DNA from: an uncultured Pseudohongiella sp.
Lineage (GTDB): Bacteria > Pseudomonadota > Gammaproteobacteria > Pseudomonadales > Pseudohongiellaceae
Length of the DNA stretch: 64,000 nucleotides
NCBI GenBank assembly: GCA_964352445.1
Contig: CAYGSO010000004.1
Location: 8,312-72,311 of the forward strand
Direction of reading: 5' to 3'
A model generated the notes under the pieces. It did no database searches, was not told the DNA's origin, and was given only the letters and a program-made list of their open reading frames with translations. Numbering within the stretch: the stretch's first letter is position 1; each line of letters opens with the position of its first letter. Of the stretch, positions 1 through 8,230 are shown in pieces. A program made the translations under genes and the position numbers.

Positions 1-953
1 TCAACGGTAAACGTAATATCTTTGGATGCCTGGGTAAGCACCTGCGTGAGGCTGTTATTGTTTTGCTCTATGCTTTCACTTAGCTTAACCGTTAGTTCCG
101 AAACATAGTCGCCCAACGCAGGCAAGCCCTCTGACGCTTGCCCAACTAAGCCGGACAGCCCTGAAAGATAGCCCTCTAAGTTACGAGTCTGTGACTCCAG
201 ACCGGCCAAGAGTTCGCCGAGAGACCCAGCGATTTTTGAAAACTCTTGGGAATGGACTATCATCTCCTGGTAGGATTGACCGGCTTTATCTATCACCTTT
301 AAGCTCGCGTCATGCATTTCAAGCATCGTGTTTAACTGCTGGGAATAGCTTTGCTGCCAAGTCAACAGCTTGCCCAATGACTCATTAAACTCCTTAAAAT
401 TTTCACCGTACTGTACTTCAATTTTACTGTTGAAATCTTGCATGATCCCGCTCAGCGCAGTTGTTAAGGCATCGGTATTCGCCGCTACCATTTGCTGCTG
501 ATAGTTTTCATTAGCAAGTAACAGGCTTGCCGATTGCTCTACACTCTCCTGTCTTAATAGCGCCACATTGTCATTGAGCGTCAAAATAGAGGAGTTGAGG
601 TCATTTACGGTGGCCAGCTTGCTACCTACTTGTTTCGCACTACGCACGCTGTTAATGGCATACCTAAGCCGAATGCTCAAGGCCGCAAGAATGCCTGCAA
701 TAGAAGACCAAACCGCGACTCCTAAACCGTCTATCATCAAAGGCACGCTGGCTTCAATATCCGCGCTATCAAACTGCATCAAACCAAACGCTATGCCAAG
801 AAACGTTCCGAATATGCCGAAACTTGTAAGAATCGACGGCGCATTTTTGACAGTTTGAACGGAGTAGCTTGGACCATGAAAGTAAACGCTAAGCAGCACG
901 ATCAAGCCAACTAAGGCCCAAGTTACCGCTGAGAGATTAATCATACTTTCCAT
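1..953 (-). CDS. MotA/TolQ/ExbB-like membrane protein with long coiled-coil tail (N-terminal >=317 aa only; gene runs off the left edge)
   Basis: The minus-strand frame is open from ATG 953 down to base 3, checked codon by codon. It is absent from the ORF track because it leaves the window. Three hydrophobic helices sit in the first ~97 aa, with FGIFGTFLGIAFG and GLGVAVWSSIAGILAAL resembling MotA/ExbB TM2-TM3 signatures. A further >=220 aa are Q/L/S/E-rich and helical with no more TM segments. Confidence 0.6.
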   Translation of the reverse strand, partial: MESMINLSAVTWALVGLIVLLSVYFHGPSYSVQTVKNAPSILTSFGIFGTFLGIAFGLMQFDSADIEASVPLMIDGLGVAVWSSIAGILAALSIRLRYAINSVRSAKQVGSKLATVNDLNSSILTLNDNVALLRQESVEQSASLLLANENYQQQMVAANTDALTTALSGIMQDFNSKIEVQYGENFKEFNESLGKLLTWQQSYSQQLNTMLEMHDASLKVIDKAGQSYQEMIVHSQEFSKIAGSLGELLAGLESQTRNLEGYLSGLSGLVGQASEGLPALGDYVSELTVKLSESIEQNNNSLTQVLTQASKDITFTV

Positions 954-1312
954 GGTTTGAACCCTGATTGTTTAACAAATAAAATTATTCTAAATGTGGC
1001 CGTTCAATGATCCCGAGTCAGCCCAGACCTTAATTCATACTAGGGGCTAACTCTAGCGCATATCCCAACAGCAACCCACCCTGCTTCGCTAAAAGCCGCT
1101 GGCCGAACTAGCGGCGGAACTTGGCTGGTTGACAGCTGCGCCAGCCAAGAGAGACACTTTAGCGCCACTGCCAAGCAACCCAGTGCACAGGCTCTAACTA
1201 AGAGGAACCGCGTCTGTTTTACCTTGCCAGATTCGAAGAAACCGCCATAAGCATACTGTTTAGGGAATCGGGAGTCGCGTTTTTCTCTTCCCTGAGTATT
1301 CATGCTTTAGCT

Positions 1313-1705
1313 ATGGCGTTAGTTGTAGGGATTAATGTCGCGGTGTGTCTGCAGCTATTGATCACCGCTCCAACCAATTTTTCGGCAACTATTACCCGTT
1401 TCTATCCCCTACACTGGTGGGGTGTGCTAATTATTTTTCTTTCAGGCACTGCTTTACTCATCGCCTATCCCGCTAAGGCTCTCACTAACCCGGTGTTTTA
1501 TCTGAAATTAGCTGCCCTGACTGCGGCCTTGCTCATCGCCAGAGCGTTTCAACAGCGCCTCGCGGCCGCTGTGGCAGATAGGAACAAGCTAGCTCTCGCC
1601 AAAAAGTTCGCTGCGATCGCCCTTGTGCTGTGGCTGATTACCCTTTTCGCTGGTCGATTCTTAGCCTATACCCACAGCGTGTTGCTTGCATCACGCTATT
1701 ATTAG
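1313..1705 (+). CDS. polytopic membrane protein; apparently N-terminally truncated, degenerate paralogue of 57723..58310
   Basis: 130-aa hydrophobic ORF. The C-terminal helices (NPVFYLKLAALTAALL; AIALVLWLITLFAGRFLAY) align by eye with QVFWIKMLVLISGAAF and AITSLLVWFTVAATGRWIGF of the 195-aa paralogue. No ATG/GTG/TTG lies upstream in frame before the stop at 1199. Confidence 0.45.
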   Translation: MALVVGINVAVCLQLLITAPTNFSATITRFYPLHWWGVLIIFLSGTALLIAYPAKALTNPVFYLKLAALTAALLIARAFQQRLAAAVADRNKLALAKKFAAIALVLWLITLFAGRFLAYTHSVLLASRYY

Positions 1706-1713
1706 GTCAATCA

Positions 1714-2220
1714 ATGCTTGAGACCTTATCCAATTTTGCACTGCAAACCGGCATTTTAGGGTTTATGAATTCGGCATGGGGCTGGCCCATTATCGAGTCG
1801 TTACACTTTGTTGGTCTGTGTTTACTGCTGGGCACAGTCGGTGTGTTCGATCTTCGCATGCTGGGAGTGGCGCGAGGCGTTAATTATTCAGATTTGCACA
1901 GACTGGTCCCCTTTGGAGTTGCAGGCTTCGGTCTCAATGTAGTTACCGGCACCCTGTTTGTAGTTAGTGCGCCAGATCAATATCTGTTCAACCCAGCCTT
2001 CCTATCTAAGCTCAGCTTTGTGTGCATTGCAGGGGTAAACATGCTGTGCTTTTATCTTCTCTGCGCCCGAGGAGTTCGCACCACGGCGGCTTCTGAGCAA
2101 GTCATGGTTTCCGCTAAAGTCATCGCGGCAATATCCCTTGTGAGCTGGAGCGCAGTCATCGTCTGTGGCCGCCTAATCACCTACTATCGCCCACCTTATC
2201 ATTGGTGCTGGTTGTGCTAG
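1714..2220 (+). CDS. polytopic membrane protein of unknown function (paralogue of 58387..59004)
   Basis: ATG at 1714 lies in frame within ORF 1630..2220, directly after the upstream stop. Shares the motif ESLHFVG...G...FDLRMLG with the other family members in this window. Four to five TM helices. Confidence 0.6.
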   Translation: MLETLSNFALQTGILGFMNSAWGWPIIESLHFVGLCLLLGTVGVFDLRMLGVARGVNYSDLHRLVPFGVAGFGLNVVTGTLFVVSAPDQYLFNPAFLSKLSFVCIAGVNMLCFYLLCARGVRTTAASEQVMVSAKVIAAISLVSWSAVIVCGRLITYYRPPYHWCWLC

Positions 2221-2341
2221 GCTTTGCTTTATCAGCCCAGACAACGGGCTGACGTTGTCATTATTTAGCGTCTGCCAGGTTGTATTCAACTTTCGACTCA
2301 ATTAGTCTCACCGGCGTTAATCATTGAAGGCCTTTTACCCT

Positions 2342-3112
2342 ATGCAGCTTCGCCAATCCTTCTCGTTGGGTGTTTTTCACATAAAAATAAACTGGCTAAT
2401 TCTCGCTTGCGTGCTGATGACGGCATTGACGTTTGCGCGACTGGGCCTTTGGCAATTAGATCGAGCCGCGGAAAAGGTTGAATCCCAAAGAGAGCTAGAA
2501 GCTAGCCTCACCGACAGCGCTGGGCCCATCGAAGATATCCCCATTGGCCACCTGCACCCTTCTAATCCTGAATTACAAAACCGCCACGTGTTGCTTACCG
2601 GCAACTATCTCAATGAGCGCACTATTTTAGTGGTTGCCGAGTTTTTTGAAGGCCAAATTGGCTACGGGGTTATTACTCCACTGCGGCTCCAATCCAATGG
2701 CCAAATTGTCCTTGTTCATCGCGGCTGGACTACGGCGATTCTGCCAGCTGGAGTATCACCAGACCTGCAAGAAGTTGAAGGTGAAGTGCAGGTAAGCGCA
2801 CAAATTCATGTGCCAGATGGCCAAAACCGCGTCATTGACAGCGAAATCGACCCCTCAGCGTGGCCTCTGCGCATTCGCACCCTAGAAATCGATATAATCT
2901 CGCAAATACTCGAAGAACCTCTGTTTCCGTTTGAGGTGCGTCTCACCGAAGACCAAGCCGGCACCTTGGTTCGTCACTGGCCCGCCGTTAATGTCAACGT
3001 GAATCAAAATTTATCCTATTCACTACAATGGTTTAGCTTAGGACTACTGGTTGTTTTCGTGTCACTTTTAGGGTCAAGTAACCTTTGGGCGATCCTAAAA
3101 GGCACTGAATAA
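2342..3112 (+). CDS. SURF1/Shy1 family protein (haem-copper oxidase assembly factor family)
   Basis: N-terminal TM followed by LGLWQLDRAAEK, an internal VHRGW motif and a C-terminal TM give the typical SURF1 layout. ATG 2342 is preferred over TTG 2324. Confidence 0.75.
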   Translation: MQLRQSFSLGVFHIKINWLILACVLMTALTFARLGLWQLDRAAEKVESQRELEASLTDSAGPIEDIPIGHLHPSNPELQNRHVLLTGNYLNERTILVVAEFFEGQIGYGVITPLRLQSNGQIVLVHRGWTTAILPAGVSPDLQEVEGEVQVSAQIHVPDGQNRVIDSEIDPSAWPLRIRTLEIDIISQILEEPLFPFEVRLTEDQAGTLVRHWPAVNVNVNQNLSYSLQWFSLGLLVVFVSLLGSSNLWAILKGTE

Positions 3113-3350
3113 GAAAAAGCCCCAGAGCCGCTTTGGCCACGTTAGTACCTTAAAAGCAAGGATTTGCCAGAGGCTCGCCCTATTAGCCGATGGCACCCTC
3201 TAAGAAACCATCGGTAAAAGTCGGTATTTCATCCTAAAACAGCACTAATTCCATTCAATTTTTAGCTCAGAAATGCTAGAGTCCTGCCAGATCAAAATTT
3301 GTCTTAAATTGATAAGTACCACCCATCCAGTTATGAGGAGTAGCGTAGAT

Positions 3351-4799
3351 ATGCGCATTGTTTCTGCAAGAGTTCTATTAAGCAGCGCTTTATTCGCCGC
3401 AGCAAGTACGCTGTCAGGCCTAGCTTCAGCCCAATCCGGCGAAGTTACATTTCACAAGGACATCGAACCTATCTTGCAGCGCAGCTGTCAAGGCTGCCAC
3501 AGAGAAGGCGGTGCCGGGCCTATGCCGTTGGTAACCTATGATCAGGTGGCTCCTTATGCGGGTTTAATCGAGTACAAAACAGGCTTACGAGACCGTGCTG
3601 GCGCCATGCCACCTTGGTACATGGAAAAGAATATTGGCATTCAAGACTATAAAGACGATCCGTCGCTGAGCGATGCAGAACTCGCTGCAATCTCTACCTG
3701 GGCCCGCTCAGGCACCCCTAAAGGTGATGCTGCTGATGCACCCGAAGCGTTGGTATTCGATGACAGCCAAAAGTGGCATGCAGGGCAGCCCGATCTTGTG
3801 GTTGTTATGAATGACGTCACCAAGCTTGCTGGTACGCCAGACTGGTGGGGTGAGATTGATTACATCCCAACCGGACTAACTGAAGACCGCTATGTAAAAT
3901 CAGTCGAAGTGGTTGAAGTGAATGACGTTGACAACCAGGCCGGCACTGGCCGCGACACTGTCGGTGGGCGCTATATATTCCACCATATGATCTGGGGCAC
4001 TGCCGAATTAGATGAAAACGGTGAACGTGCAGCAGGACAAATTTCAACGCCATGGCCCGTGCATGAAGTGGGCCGTAATGCAGATATCTTCGATGAAGAT
4101 GCCGGCCGCTTGTTAAAAGCAGGTTCATGGATCGTTTCCGATTCTGTTCACCTGCATTCCAATGGTCGCGATACTACCGGCCACTTAGAAGTGGGCTTTG
4201 TTTTTCATGATAAAGACTACGAGCCGAAGTATAAGAACGCCTTTATCGGCCTAGGCAATGGCGTAGATATCTCTATCCAAGGCAATACGAAAGACCAAGA
4301 ACTCCATGCCTATACGGTGCTAAATCAGCACACTAAGGTAATCACCTTCGAGCCACACTTACACGCCCCCGGCGAGCGTATGTGTCTAGAAGCTATCTGG
4401 GGCTACACCATCGAAACCCTGTCCTGTGTGGGCTATGACCACAACTGGGTTCGCGGCTACCCCTATGAAGATCATGCTGCACCGCTGTTGCCCAAAGGCA
4501 CTATCCTGCACATCACTGGATACATGAACAACACTGACAGCAACCCGAATGTGCCTGACCCACGTAACTGGCAAGGTTCGGGCAATCGCTCAGTCACCAA
4601 TATGTTTATTGATCTAGGGATTCGCGTCACCATGACTGACGAGCAGTTTATGGAAGCCATGGAAGAGCGTCGCCAAGTCCTTGATCTTGGCCCAAATGAT
4701 CACGTCATTGGCTGTCCGCTGTGTCTCGCGCCTCTCGTCGCTCCGATCGCTGAAGAGAGCGACGACAGCGCTGGCAACGACGTAGCAGCAAACGACTAA
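3351..4799 (+). CDS. secreted c-type cytochrome domain fused to a PHM/DBH-like (copper type II monooxygenase-like) domain
   Basis: ATG 3351 is preceded by AGGAG and gives the signal peptide MRIVSARVLLSSALFAAASTLSGLASAQ. CQGCH haem motif at 3486..3500. Ordered His/Met pattern: HH (3981..3986), HLH (4149..4157), HLH (4356..4364), Met (4524..4526). Confidence 0.6.
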   Translation: MRIVSARVLLSSALFAAASTLSGLASAQSGEVTFHKDIEPILQRSCQGCHREGGAGPMPLVTYDQVAPYAGLIEYKTGLRDRAGAMPPWYMEKNIGIQDYKDDPSLSDAELAAISTWARSGTPKGDAADAPEALVFDDSQKWHAGQPDLVVVMNDVTKLAGTPDWWGEIDYIPTGLTEDRYVKSVEVVEVNDVDNQAGTGRDTVGGRYIFHHMIWGTAELDENGERAAGQISTPWPVHEVGRNADIFDEDAGRLLKAGSWIVSDSVHLHSNGRDTTGHLEVGFVFHDKDYEPKYKNAFIGLGNGVDISIQGNTKDQELHAYTVLNQHTKVITFEPHLHAPGERMCLEAIWGYTIETLSCVGYDHNWVRGYPYEDHAAPLLPKGTILHITGYMNNTDSNPNVPDPRNWQGSGNRSVTNMFIDLGIRVTMTDEQFMEAMEERRQVLDLGPNDHVIGCPLCLAPLVAPIAEESDDSAGNDVAAND

Positions 4800-4808
4800 G
4801 GTAGATCA

Positions 4809-5744
4809 ATGATAGTGAAGACCCGACTGATTACTGCTCAAGCCGCACTGGCTTGGGCAGTAAGCACAATATTTTTAGTGCTAGCCTCGCCCCTCCTCGC
4901 CCAAACTTATCAGACCGGACAACATGTGGAGCCAGCCTATGAAGGCTGGCGCCCCAATGATGACGGCAGCTTTAGCTTTATGTTTGGCTATATGAACGAA
5001 AACTGGCTCGAACAGCCTGATGTCGAAATAGGGGAAAACAACTATTTCTCTCCTGGGGAAGCCGACAGAGGGCAGCCTACTCACTTCTTACCGCGGCGTA
5101 ACCGCTTCAACTTTGAAGTCAGAGTACCTGCTGATTGGGGAGACAGAGAACTGGTATGGACGATCAATGTTAACGGGGTTGAACGTAAAGCCTACGCAAC
5201 CCTAAACACTGACTATCAGGTAGACAATATAGTTATTGCCTCAGAAACCGGATCCTTGGGCGCTGGCACATCAAGCCCCGAATCCCGCTCTAATATACCC
5301 CCACAGGTTACTGTTCAGGGAGACAAAATACGTACTGCACGGGTGGGTGAACCACTGCAGTTTGTGACTCAAGTTTTAGACGATGGCTTGCCAAAACCGA
5401 GGCGAGAATCCGCTATCTCCGAGCGCAGCGCGAAAGCCCGTATGCTCAGACCGCCCACCAGAATCACTGTGGGCAAAGTCAATGGCTTGTTTTTGTCTTG
5501 GAACAAATATCGCGGCCCAGGACATGTCACGTTTGAGCCGGCGCTGCCTAAACCTTGGGAAGACACTCGGACCTCGGCGAATTCACCTTGGGGCGCTCTT
5601 TGGCTGCCGCCCGAGGTGCCTGAAGATGGGCTGTATGAAGTGACAGCCACCTTTGATCAGCCCGGGACTTACATCCTTTGGGGGCGTGCTGACGATGGCG
5701 GTCTCTATCATGATGACTACATCACTGTCGAAGTCACCGAGTAA
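4809..5744 (+). CDS. secreted hypothetical protein, probably co-transcribed with the cytochrome c-Cu enzyme
   Basis: 311-aa ORF that starts 9 nt after the upstream stop. It has an N-terminal signal-like hydrophobic segment ending LLAQ. I recognise no family motif. Confidence 0.55.
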   Translation: MIVKTRLITAQAALAWAVSTIFLVLASPLLAQTYQTGQHVEPAYEGWRPNDDGSFSFMFGYMNENWLEQPDVEIGENNYFSPGEADRGQPTHFLPRRNRFNFEVRVPADWGDRELVWTINVNGVERKAYATLNTDYQVDNIVIASETGSLGAGTSSPESRSNIPPQVTVQGDKIRTARVGEPLQFVTQVLDDGLPKPRRESAISERSAKARMLRPPTRITVGKVNGLFLSWNKYRGPGHVTFEPALPKPWEDTRTSANSPWGALWLPPEVPEDGLYEVTATFDQPGTYILWGRADDGGLYHDDYITVEVTE

Positions 5745-5939
5745 CCTACTTTAAACCTTCTCGCTAAGCTTGAAGTTAAAGCGGTATAGCAGCCAATGCT
5801 TGCCGCCTTATTTCATGGCCCGGTTAAATTTTCTGCAGCAAAGCATCCACCCACACAACTCTACACCTTGCTCCCAGCAGCGGCCGCATGTTCGGCTAAT
5901 ACTTACAACTCCAGTTAGACTAGGCCTTGCGTGCCCTGC

Positions 5940-6551
5940 TCAATCGCTTTGCTTCTTCGCATCGCTATCGAGCTGAATGGTAAACGGCGGATCGAACTGC
6001 GGAGGATCGCGAGAGATAATAATTTCTGTTCGCGGCGGCGGCACATAGCGAATGGTCGGGTCGCCATAGCGCTGCTCCAATAACAATTCTTTAGCCGCTT
6101 CCGTCACTGAAGGGCGCTCTGCATTCTCCCCAAAGGCAAAACTAAAGCTGCCTCTTAGCAAGGTATCATCGCTGTCAAGAACAGCCCAGTCTGCTGTGTA
6201 ATAGCTTGCGGCAACGAGGCTAGGCAGCTGCATCACGTATTGAGTAGAGGCTTGAGGATTATATCTAAACTGGATATCGACCCAGTCTCGCGAATCTGTG
6301 CGCAGGGTGAATTTCACCAGCCGCGCCTGAACTGGAAACTTCAGATTGAGCTCGGTCGGCGCCTGCAGAAGAACTTCGTCGTCACTGGGCAAGGTTTCTG
6401 TTTTGTCGATGAATCCTGTAATATCAGCGCTCTTTTGATAGCGTGATAAGTCCAGAGGCTGAGCGCTAACCCCCAGACTGCCGCAGCCAAAGGCGAATAG
6501 CGCCAGCAGCACAGGAACTTGTTTTGGGCTTAAATTTCGCAAGCTCACCAT
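5940..6551 (-). CDS. CopC-like (degenerate) periplasmic protein with C-terminal extension
   Basis: Internal ATG 6551 gives a signal peptide (MVSLRNLSPKQVPVLLALFAFGCGSLGVSAQ). The core LNLKFPVQARLVKFTL...YYTADWAVLDSDDTLLRGSFSFAFG matches the CopC beta-sandwich pattern, but there is no N-terminal His. Confidence 0.45.
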   Translation of the reverse strand: MVSLRNLSPKQVPVLLALFAFGCGSLGVSAQPLDLSRYQKSADITGFIDKTETLPSDDEVLLQAPTELNLKFPVQARLVKFTLRTDSRDWVDIQFRYNPQASTQYVMQLPSLVAASYYTADWAVLDSDDTLLRGSFSFAFGENAERPSVTEAAKELLLEQRYGDPTIRYVPPPRTEIIISRDPPQFDPPFTIQLDSDAKKQSD

Positions 6552-6647
6552 GGGGTAGCAATACTCTATGCATCGATTATTAATGGTCGCCAAGAATACC
6601 ACAAGCTATCCATGCGGTGATATTTAGACCATCAACGGATTCTAGAA

Positions 6648-7460
6648 ATGTCAGATTCAAACCTCAATGAAATTCTCACTAATCTGCTGGAATCTAGCTC
6701 CGGCAGAACTCACTTTGGCGAGCACTGGTCACAGGGGCGCGCTGCCTTTGGCGGTATAGCCGCCTCATTCGCAGTGACTCAGATGCGCAAATTGCTCACC
6801 AGTCCCCAGCCGATCAGATCCCTCATGGTTTCGTTTATTGGACCACTGCCACCGGGTGAAGTAATAGCCGCAGCTACACTGCTGCGCCAAGGCAAAAACG
6901 TCTCTCAAATGACTGCAAACGTTTTTAGCGGTGATACGCTGTGCCTGCAGGCCATGGGCGTGTTTGGCAACCCGAGGCCTTCGATCTCAGTGCCTAGCGC
7001 GTATGAGTTCAGCCCGGTACCAAAAGAGCAAGGCGTTAGTTTTGCAAAGCATAGCCACAGACTGCCCCCTTTCCTGCGCTATTTTGATGGCTATTGGGTG
7101 AGCCCAGGCATCCCTTTTTCTGGCCAAGCGTCAAATCAGCTCAATATGTGGGTGCGGCATAAAACCGATATGGCGCTGCACCCAATGGAGAAATTGGTTG
7201 CGCTAGCAGACATACCGCCTCCGGTTATTTTGTCCCATTTTGAAAAACCTCCGATCCCCTCCAGTTCACTCACCTGGTCTCTTGAATTCGTAATTCCGCC
7301 AGATCAAATTGACAGCGAATGGTTCTATTTGGAGTATTCCATTGAATCCGCTGCTGACGGGTATATGCAGCAGGCTGGAAAAATCTTCACAGAAGCAGGT
7401 AAACTCTGTGCATTATCTAGGCAGTGTATGGTGTACTTTGAACCTCAGGCCACAGTATGA
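6648..7460 (+). CDS. acyl-CoA thioesterase (TesB-like double hot-dog family), tentative
   Basis: The 270-aa size and the N-terminal GRAAFGGIAASFA segment fit thioesterase-like superfamily proteins. The call is weak and made by eye. Confidence 0.45.
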   Translation: MSDSNLNEILTNLLESSSGRTHFGEHWSQGRAAFGGIAASFAVTQMRKLLTSPQPIRSLMVSFIGPLPPGEVIAAATLLRQGKNVSQMTANVFSGDTLCLQAMGVFGNPRPSISVPSAYEFSPVPKEQGVSFAKHSHRLPPFLRYFDGYWVSPGIPFSGQASNQLNMWVRHKTDMALHPMEKLVALADIPPPVILSHFEKPPIPSSSLTWSLEFVIPPDQIDSEWFYLEYSIESAADGYMQQAGKIFTEAGKLCALSRQCMVYFEPQATV

Positions 7461-7491
7461 ATCTAGCCATTGCAGACATTGAAACCAAGCC

Positions 7492-8010
7492 ATGATTAAC
7501 ACAATTGCCCTCCTCCTTTTGACCGTAAGCCGGCTGCTGCTGAACTGGCCTAGTCTCTACCTTTATCTAGGCTTGCTGCTCTGCGTACCCGCATCGGCCC
7601 AGCACGCCCACGGAGTACTCACCCCCGGAGTAACATTCCCTCAGGACGATGCCGTGTTAAACGACCCACCGCGCATGATAACTATGAGCTTTAGAGTCGA
7701 TGTCAGGCTGTTAAAACTCGCCTTGTTCACCGACGCCGGCGAGTGGATCAACCTGGGTTTTCAGTATGACCCATCAAGACTCAATGACAGCTTTGTATTG
7801 CCAATACCGGTGGAGCTTCCACCGGCCAACTATTATGTCGCTAAATGGTCTGTAACCGATGACAGAAGCCGCCTACTCAATGGCGAATTCCTATTTTCCT
7901 TCGGCCCCGATGCCATACCGCCGTCAGAGTTTATTGAGTCGCTAGTTAGCGATAAAGTTGAAGTACTGCCAGCTACTGGTTCCTACCGCATCAATCCATT
8001 AGAAAGGTAG
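7492..8010 (+). CDS. CopC-like periplasmic protein
   Basis: Signal peptide, then a mature N-terminus near AQHAHGVL. The core ITMSFRVDVRLLKLALF...YYVAKWSVTDDRSRLLNGEFLFSFG parallels CopC and the 5940..6551 paralogue. Confidence 0.5.
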   Translation: MINTIALLLLTVSRLLLNWPSLYLYLGLLLCVPASAQHAHGVLTPGVTFPQDDAVLNDPPRMITMSFRVDVRLLKLALFTDAGEWINLGFQYDPSRLNDSFVLPIPVELPPANYYVAKWSVTDDRSRLLNGEFLFSFGPDAIPPSEFIESLVSDKVEVLPATGSYRINPLER

Positions 8011-8230
8011 CTCTATTTGGGGCTGACAAGACGCTAAGTCAGGCCTAGCTCACGACGCAGATTGATCAGAGGATACTGCTGACTAACTTGCGATCAAAAA
8101 ATAAACAAATACAGGGGTTGGCGATCAATAGCGGCACCCAAAGTCTTAAGCATCTGCAGCATTCGACTGACAAAAAACGCTGTGCACATGCTCCAATTAC
8201 TGGAAGCGTTACGAAGGGAATCAACAAGCA

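Noticed and set aside
568-858. Plus-strand 96-aa ORF from the track
   Set aside because: It lies entirely antisense within the much longer open minus-strand frame (1..953), which has coherent TM and coiled-coil features. It is most likely a shadow ORF.
1040-1303. Minus-strand 87-aa ORF in the spacer between the MotA-like gene and the membrane-protein pair
   Set aside because: The composition is low-complexity and Arg/Ala/Leu-rich, with no RBS or motif. It overlaps the region that looks like a decayed N-terminus of the plus-strand gene. It is not supportable as a gene.
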